Below, piece after piece: positions 56,605 through 64,000 of a DNA stretch of 64,000 nucleotides. The stretch's first letter is position 1; each line of letters opens with the position of its first letter. The notes below the pieces were generated by a model. The model was not told where the DNA came from and made no database searches. It worked only from the letters and a program-made list of their open reading frames with translations. The position numbers and the translations under genes are program-made. The stretch comes from Vitrella brassicaformis CCMP3155 (taxonomy: Eukaryota; Protista; Chromerida): NCBI GenBank assembly GCA_001179505.1, contig CDMY01000542.1, positions 124,001 to 188,000 of the forward strand, written 5' to 3'.

Positions 56605-58274
56605 ATGGGCTTCCTCACTGAGGCGACAGGCACCACCGTTGACGAAGCGGTAAGTGCAGATCGATGCACTCACTCATTTGGAAGACCTGTGTGGCCCTCA
56701 GACCTGTGTGGACGCCATCAAGCCCGAACAATACGTCCACGTAGGATGGATGAATGGATGAGTCACATGACACCAGCAGATGGACAATTGGATGTGTTTC
56801 CCGTGTTGTTGTGTGTGGTCAGCTGCACAGGCTGCGGGAGTTCCTCGATGGCGACGTCGTGGTACGCACACAGACACCACACACACACACAGAGGGAGAG
56901 ATCAGATGCACAGACTTTTTGTGGTGTGATGTTGGTTCAGGGGGAGCTGTTGCGGTGCGACCTTCGGGTGCGTTGCGCGGGCCACCCCAGGATCGTCGGC
57001 CATGGCGGCAACGGCATCGTCGTCCACTCGGACTACATCGACGCCGCCGAGGTGCCTGAGGACGCCCCGCAGCTCTGCATGAAGCTCATCACGCACGACG
57101 ATGAGGGCAACTGGGTACACGCGCCAGACCGCACCACAGCACAGCACCTCGCGTCACGCCTCCATGGGTGTCTGTTCTGGACGTGTGTGGGTGTAGGTGT
57201 ATGAGGGGTTCATGTTGGTTGAGGAGGCCGCCATGGCCTGGAAGCAGCAGCAGGTCGACGGATGGGACAGCGCCACAACCGCCAGCAGCACGAGCCCACC
57301 CAGCCGCCCGGCCACCTACACATTCCCCTCCAGCCCCGACATGAACACCAAGCTGGCGGACGTGTTTGCAAAGTGGACCGGGTGGCCCAATTTCGTGCTT
57401 CCTTAACATGCAGCGGACCATGATGGTCATGCCGCTCATGGAAGGTATGCCAGTGAGCCACCAGAGAGTCACCGTCAGTCCAGGGCACTTGATGGTCTCT
57501 GGTTTGGTGTGTGCACCAGGGACGTGGGATAGCGAGGGCGTCCGTGAGGGGCTCACACTGCCGCAGGCGTGTGGGCTCTTTCACACTGCGTTGGAGGGGC
57601 TGGGAAAGTTTCATGAGCGGGGCATCTCCATTAATGACATCAAGTCGAATGTAAGCCGACACACGACATAACCGTACCACTTTTTCTCCCTCTCCGTGTG
57701 CGTATGGGTGCAGGGGGACAACACGGGCTCCTTTCGCGGGAGTGGGGTGTGGTTTGATTTCGACCAGGCTGTAAGGCACACACACAGCAGCACTTCTCAT
57801 AGTGGCGTTGATGTGTTGCGTGGATTGATGGCTGCAGCTGAGGGCAGGGGCCATAGACGACCGCCGTCGGCTGATCATGGAGGGCTCCGAGCAGGGCACT
57901 GACCCTTATCGGAGCCCAGAGGCTGAACTCAAGCAGCTGGGTGAGCTACACGCACAAACACACATTTACTGTAATCCATCCAATTTGGTGTCGTATGGAC
58001 TCTTTCGTCTGTATCTTTGTCAGGCTGGGCCATCTGCGACCTCTTGCGGCCCCTCACCGAGACCCATGAGGACGGCCAACAGGTCCGTACCGCCCAGAAG
58101 GCGGGGCGGGCTAAGATCACCTACTTCAAGGTGGTGGCGCCCCTCATTGGGCAGCAGCTCCAACTCAAGGACAAGAACGGCAACCCGGTGCCCCAGCTCA
58201 CGCACCAGCAGATGGTCAAGTACCTCAAGAAGAGCCGGGTTGCCGTCTCGTCCACCACACCCCCTGCCCAGTGA
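56605..58274 (+). CDS. Divergent kinase-like family, most complete member K1 (about 10 exons)
   Basis: IVGHGGNGIV (I), QLCMKLI (II), VMPLMEG (V), FHERGISINDIKSNGDN (VI), VWFDFDQA (VII), GTDPYRSPE (VIII); open only if 57362-57413 is spliced out. Confidence 0.65.
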
Positions 58275-58408
58275 AGTGGCAAAGGCACCCACCACTCGAG
58301 ACGGACAAGGCGGTCGAGCCGCATGGCAGCGAGGGGGGAGGAAATGTGTGATTAATACGTGATGTCTCAGCCGTTTGTTGACGTCATCCTGTTGGTTTTT
58401 CTGTGTTT

Positions 58409-58440
58409 TCAGATCGCCGCCTACATTTTATATTCGTTGA
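58409..58440 (+). repeat. 30-bp 'DRRLHFIFVG' motif, copy 3
   Basis: tcagatcgccgcctacattttatattcgttga. Confidence 0.8.
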
Positions 58441-58868
58441 GCAGGTCTTCATCAGATTCCCGCCCATGAAGCCGCTCATAGACGGTGAGCCCAGAAAACG
58501 CTCAGAGAGACATCAGCCCAGACATATCTGTCTGTCTCTTTGTGTGGCTGTCTGCGTGTACAAGAAACGCGGATGAAGTGTCACAGCTGCACGGTCTGGA
58601 ACTATACTGGCGCCTCACGACGGACACAAGACTCAACCTCGCCCTTGGTACGCGAGCAACTCAAAAGTAAAGAGAATAGACAAGCCAAATGGAACAGACA
58701 AGCCTCTGTCGCCAGGAAGCTTCACCCTCACACGTCGACACGTTGGCGAGAAGGCTTCGGCTGAGGGGGAAGGGCCCGTAACACACAGAGACATGAAGTG
58801 AGCATTAAGGAAGTGTCATGTCGGACGTGTCTGCTTATGTCACTCCTCTCGTGTCTCATCTCAGGTGA

Positions 58869-58903
58869 TCTCATATCGCCGCCTACATTTTATATTCGTC
58901 GGG
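58869..58903 (+). repeat. 30-bp 'DRRLHFIFVG' motif, copy 4
   Basis: tctcatatcgccgcctacattttatattcgtcggg. Confidence 0.8.
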
Positions 58904-59564
58904 CACTTTCATCATCGGACGTCCCCTGCCTGTCGCCGCCCGCGATGAAGCCGCCGATATCCGGGCGAAACTCTTCCAGACTTCAGTGCGTAAGCGAGTG
59001 TGAGCCGCCATCGCGATGGACACATGTGCAAATGGATTCCCTCATATCTCGCGTCCTGCACCGCAGATGAAGATGAGCATGCAACGACAAGTCGGCGATC
59101 ATCCCGAGCCACAAGGAGAAGACTCTGAAGTACGGGAAGGACATTGAGGCCACAGTAAAGCCCCTGAAGCGGCGCCTTACGGTGAGCCCAACGTCAACAA
59201 TAGGTCTACTGACAACTGTTTTGTTTTCCTGTGCAAGAGCTGCCTTTCTCGACGAATGTCGCAGCCTGTTTCTGCATGGTGTCGAAGGTAATTGGTAGGA
59301 ATCGTCAGTCTCCTGTTGATGTCTCCCCACACATCTCTGAACTGGTGAAGACAGCAGCAAGCGGCACGGTAACTTCACCAGACCCTGCCCCCGCTCCTGT
59401 TTAGGTCGATTGCAAGCTACTTGAAAGCTCTCAAGTAATAAAAAGGCTGGTACGAATCAGGCAAACAAGGAAGAAGAGAGAAAAAGAAAAAGAGAGAGTG
59501 AGAGAGAGTATACACGCCCACACAATGATCCGTCTGTGTGTATGGTGTGTATGGGTATGTGCAG

Positions 59565-59750
59565 CCTGACAACGCGGGCAGCTACCGAGGGCATGGCGTG
59601 TGGTTCGACTTCGACACAGCAGTGAGACAGACGCACACCCGCACACAGCACTCGTCATGGTGTTGTCGACATGTTGCGTAGGTGAGGGCAGGCCTCATTG
59701 ACGACCGCCGCAAGCGCATCAAGGCGGGGGCGGACCGCCACCGCCCTTAA
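59565..59750 (+). pseudogene. Kinase-like family piece K3 (subdomain VIb-VII exon plus truncated next exon)
   Basis: PDNAGSYRGHGVWFDFDTA / VRAGLIDDRRKRIKAGADRHRP*. Confidence 0.7.
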
Positions 59751-59763
59751 TACAGGCCCCCAT

Positions 59764-60938
59764 ATGGCGAGAAGGCAGCGTTGTGGCATTGACATCGCTG
59801 TCGCTGCCGCGCTGAGAGAAATTAGCCAGCGTTTGCTGTGGAGAGATAGTCAAGGAGATAGTGTTTTGCCATCGCCATGCCCATCACACTGCCAGACGGC
59901 CGCCAGGGCTACACCCGTTCCGACTACGTGGGGTTGGTTCTACGACAGGTTGCAGGTGCATCGCTGCGCCCCACTGCATGAGGTCAAAAAGGCATATCGC
60001 AAAGGCGCCCTGGTACGCACTGCAAACCGATACGAACGATTGGACGCATCTTGGCGGACGGATGTGTGTGTGTCTGCAGAAAACCCACACAGACAAGGGG
60101 GGTCGCAAGGAGGACTTCCAGGCCTTGGTTGAGGCCTACACGGCCATCAAGAAGGACCTCGAGCGACTCAGGCATGGCGACCCGTCTGACCCGGTACACC
60201 AAGAGCACAGCACCATCACGCTGCATTCATCAATCCTCGCATGTACGTGTGTGCGTTCGGCCGGTCAGATTATCAAGCGGCGCCGCGAGAGGAGGGAGAG
60301 GTACCAGCAGGTAACCGCGGCACACACACACCCACACACGCATTCACCCGCATGCTTCTCTCTCTCTCTCTCTCCCCCCTTCACCCACTCACTCAGCAAA
60401 AGCCGGCCGCCGTGGAGAGGGAGAAGGATCTCAAGCAAATCGAACAAGAGCTGCAGCGGGGGGACAACACGGGCCCGGCAAGTTCATGGGACGCAGCCGT
60501 GAGTGAGCCCACAAACGCCACAGACATCTCCAGCCACACATTTGCGTGTGGATGTTGAATGGACGCATGGATGGATGTGCGTGTAGGTCAAAGCCGCCGC
60601 CACATCATGGAGGGCTCCGCGCAGCAGACAGACCCATTCAGGAGCCAGGAGGACGAAATGATGGTGCTTGGTGGGTGGAATGAATGGTGGTGACACGCAC
60701 ACGCAGCACACGCGCACCATCAATGTGTGGTCTTCGCTCAGGGTATGCAATGATGCCAATCATCAGACGGCTCTTCCAGAAGGACAGGACCGACCCCACC
60801 GGCCGACCATACCGCAGCCCAGCAGCACTAGCGGCACTGGACATCTACTCGAGGGTCGTGGGCCCCCTCACTGGCACCGACACAGGCGCGCAGCCCTTGA
60901 CGCATCGGCAGATGCTGGCTGTGCTCCTCGGGCAGTGA
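59764..60938 (+). CDS. J-domain protein (HPD changed to HTD) spliced in frame to the last two exons of the kinase-like family (K4)
   Basis: FYDRLQV...EVKKAYRKGAL/KTHTDKGG.KEDFQALVEAY; then VKSRRHIMEGSAQQTDPFRSQE / YSRVVGPLTG...PLTHRQMLAVL*. Confidence 0.7.
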
Positions 60939-61203
60939 GGGGGAGGGGCACCCACACCCAGCGCATCACGACGACCACGTCCGGTGCTGGCCCATCATAT
61001 CATCAGGCGGCAAGGGCAGCCCAAGGAAAGGGGCGGGGGAACGTGTGAGAGTGATGGGAGAGACGGAGGGCGTGCGTGTTTGGGCACTCTCGCTGGAACC
61101 GACACAGAGGCGCAAGTGCGAGCTGAAGGAGGCATGTAAGTATCTGGTGTCTCGCCCGTCCTCTGTTGGTGCCATTCTATCGGTGTCTCTCTCCTCCTCC
61201 TCC

Positions 61204-61500
61204 GATCGCCGCCTACATTTTATATTCGTCGGGTTTATCATATCAGCGTGACGTTCTCTCCCACAGCACTGCTCGACACCGACCGCAAGACGACACGCCC
61301 GAGACACCAATGCTTCGTACTCGCAAGCGGAAGAGAGTGTGCAAGATGTTGGCATTCCTGCACACCGCAGCAGTTGCTGCCCTGCCGGGCATGCGAAAGG
61401 TGCGAGACGAGCGTCAGAGATTGTGGCCATTGATAACGCTTTCGGTTGTGCGGCGAGAGCGTCCCGACCCGTTCTGGTTTTGTGAGCGGCGTCAAGAGCC
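61204..61500 (+). pseudogene. 30-bp motif copy 5 (61204-61233) followed by frameshifted coding remnant
   Basis: SSSSDRRLHFIFVG..*, then RVCKMLAFLHTAAVAA and AIDNAFG in different frames. Confidence 0.5.
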
Positions 61501-61691
61501 GACCTCTGTCGCTGGGAGATTTCAGAGTTGGCAAGATTCTTGGCGCAGAGCACTTGAAAGCCGCCACACAACCCGCGGTCCGGTCCCTCCCCCCCTCCGC
61601 AGAATTCATCAGTGTGAAGGTCTTGCCCGCCCAGTTCAAGGCTGCTGCACTGCAAGACGGGCGTGTGGGTGTATTCCATTGATAGCTGCAG

Positions 61692-62150
61692 GTGAGGGCT
61701 GGCCCGATGAATGACCGCCGGAAGCGCATCATGGAGGGGGCGGACCGCGGCATCGACCCGTACAAGCCCCCGCAGGTGGAGATGAAGCTGCTCGGTGAGT
61801 CACACGCACACATGGCCCCTCCCACCACACACACAGACACACACACCAATTGCATCCCCTGTGGTATTGTGGGGGTGCCCTTGTCGGTCTGTATGTCTGT
61901 CAGGCACCGTCATCCGCGGCCTCTTGCGGCCCCTGCTCGACACACACGCGGGAGACCAGCAGGTCCGCACCGCCGATGAGGCCGCCTGGCCAAGGCGACA
62001 TACATCCAGTTGGTGGCGCCTCTCATTGGGCAGCAGATCGTCGTCAAGGACAAGAACGGCAACCCGGTGCCCCCGCTCAGCCATCGGCATGGTCAAGTAC
62101 CTCAGGAAGAGCCGGGTGGCTGAGGCGTCCATGCCATCGGAGGACACCAC
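61692..62150 (+). pseudogene. Kinase-like family piece K5 (last two exons, two frameshifts)
   Basis: MNDRRKRIMEGADRGIDPYKPPQVEMKLL / GLLRPL..QQVRTA, then LVAPLIGQQIVVKDKNGNPVP, then MVKYLRKSR; DNA closely matches 58022-58250. Confidence 0.8.
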
Positions 62151-62165
62151 TAAGAAGGCAGTAAG

Positions 62166-63150
62166 ATGGCAGAGCACGCCCTCAGAAAGTGATTCATCGA
62201 CGTTCCTTGCGTGCGCTATCTTCAGCAGCAGCAGCAGCAGCACAAGTTGACGCTGGAAGAGGTGGTCACTCCCGAAATCATGGTGTGTTGATGTCAACTT
62301 GTCAAGCCCAACTTAACGAGGACCACTCTTTGTTTGTTTGTTTGTTTGTGTGAGCTGTCAAAGCTCGGCCTGCGGGTCTAGACGGACAGCTCGGGCCAGC
62401 CCATGACGGTTGGGGAGGGCATGTACGTCGTGTACCTCGAGTACACCGATGTGCCACCTGGCCAACACCCAGAAGACCGCCCCCGTTTTGTGGCCAAATT
62501 CCTCAAGCGGCCCTCGTTCCCAGATTTTGTAAGTGAAGAACCTCATAGCTTGCCTGTGTTCTGATACATATGAGCGTCTGTCCTTCACCTTCAGGCCCAT
62601 GAAGGCTTTAAGACGGTGCGACGCGCGGCCAACAAGTGGAAGGGCGAGCGCGCTACAAGCGCCAAGGAGACGGCACCCATCCGCCACCCGCCCATCCCGC
62701 CAGCCTCCTGGATGGCCCCTGGGCTGAAGGAGCCGGCTGAGGAATGGAGCGGGTGGCCTCCAGCCGTCCTCCCCTTTCACAACACACACATCAACGTCCA
62801 GACGGACAGCCGGGGTGTCGAGGGGCGTACCGTTGTGATAATGCCATTGATGGAGGGTGAGACAGCAGACGACACATGCAGCACTGCTTCTATACTTTCA
62901 CCTTTCTTTGGTCAGGTACCTGGGACGGACTACAGCTGGGTGAAATCAGCGTTGCTGAGCTCAAGGGCCATTTCGCTACGGCGTTGAGAGGGCTACATTT
63001 CTATCAAGAGAGGGATGTATCCATTTTTGACGTCAAGGTAAGGAGACAAAGGCCACCAGATGAGCTTCGTTTGACCTTGTCTTAAGTGGCTCTCCGTCCC
63101 CCTTTGTGGCTGCCCAGGTTGACAATATGGGAATCTTCAAGGGCCAGTGA
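62166..63150 (+). pseudogene. Kinase-like family member K6 (N-lobe to catalytic loop; premature stops; 3' exons deleted)
   Basis: TAG at 62379-62381; TVGEGMYVVYLEY..RFVAKFL / AHEGFKTV...WSGWPPAVLP...VIMPLMEG / GTWD...LHFYQERDVSIFDVK / VDNMGIFKGQ*. Confidence 0.75.
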
Positions 63151-64000
63151 TGTGGCAGGGGCGCCCACCACAAGAGACGGACAAGGCGGTCGAGCCGCAT
63201 GGCTGCGAAGGGGGAGGGAATGAGTGTACATGGGGCCATGGATGGGTGGATGGATGGATGAATGAACGGCAGCCACACGACAGCCACACGCCGTGACACA
63301 CAGGTGGATGGTGCACCTCTCTAGCTCTAGCCACACTTGCCTACAATGCATTCCAATGACGATTGATTGGTCGCCTGGATGGATGAGTTGTAGTTGTGCT
63401 TCTTTCTAGTGAGTGACGTGTGTGCGGTGTCCGTCTGCTGTGTGTGCTGCACGTTTGGCTGACCGACCGAGTTGTCGATGCCCTTTGTCTGTGTGTAATT
63501 TATGTCGTGAAGTGAGTGGAGTACCCGACTGTCGCCTTATCTCGGTAGTAAATGCCTTTTCTGTGATGCATTTGTCCGGCTGCGCTTGATTAATTGTGTG
63601 CACGTGAGAGCGTACATGTCCATGGAGAGGGGAGAGCGGCGACACGCCATACATACCTTCATGCATCATTACCTACGTGTGTCCATCCATTTGTGTGTGA
63701 GAGAGAGAGAGAGAGCGTCCGTCCGTCCATGTGCATACGAGAGAGCGCGGCGGCTTTAGTCCCATCCATAGTTCATGAGGCCATCTGTGTACGGGGAGTG
63801 TGCTGTGGGATGGCTGTGAGACAGCAGCTTACATGGGAGAGAGCGCCTCGGCGAGTGTGTGGTCTGCCGAAGTTTTTGTTAGTGAGAGAGCGAAGCTCGT
63901 GTTTGTATGTCGCCCAACCAGCGGGGTTGTGTGTGTCTGAGGGAGGGGTGAATGGGAGGGTGGCGTGTGTGGCGGCAGAGAGGCCTTTCGTCTTTCGTTG

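Noticed and set aside
62358-62789. Antisense ORF (ADGCRLLGACS...WERGPLEEFGHK) open across a K6 intron
   Set aside because: It is the in-register antisense frame, also open in the matching part of K1. Splice signals and kinase motifs are on the plus strand.

Overview
Eukaryotic, GC-rich, intron-dense genomic DNA with short GT-AG introns full of CA/GT, CAGA/TCTG and GGAT microsatellites. The gene content (CDPK6-type kinase, PERK-like eIF2alpha kinase with an IRE1-type luminal domain, TT(T/C)AGGG-like repeat) and intron style point to a chromerid alveolate, probably Vitrella brassicaformis (inference). About 1-40 kb holds mostly conserved genes, many in tight head-to-head pairs: threonine synthase, a possible mitoribosomal protein, an MscS-like channel, a GSK3-like kinase, an IQ/ankyrin protein, a CDPK, a PERK-like kinase, SET8, a helical-repeat protein, an ankyrin protein, an RsmB-type m5C methyltransferase and an RBR E3 ligase. 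A 2-kb inverted duplicate of the GSK3-like locus marks the change to a dynamic region at about 40-64 kb. Apart from an EamA transporter and phosphatidylserine decarboxylase, that region holds lineage-specific genes and pseudogenes. These include at least six pieces of one very divergent kinase-like family (DFD in place of DFG), a chimera of an HPD-mutant J-domain with that family's tail, a 30-bp motif repeated five times, and a 3.7-kb gene cassette bounded by about 100-bp inverted repeats next to a perfect 19-bp hairpin. Gene boundaries were spliced by eye and are approximate. No rRNA, tRNA, CRISPR array or recognisable transposase was seen.
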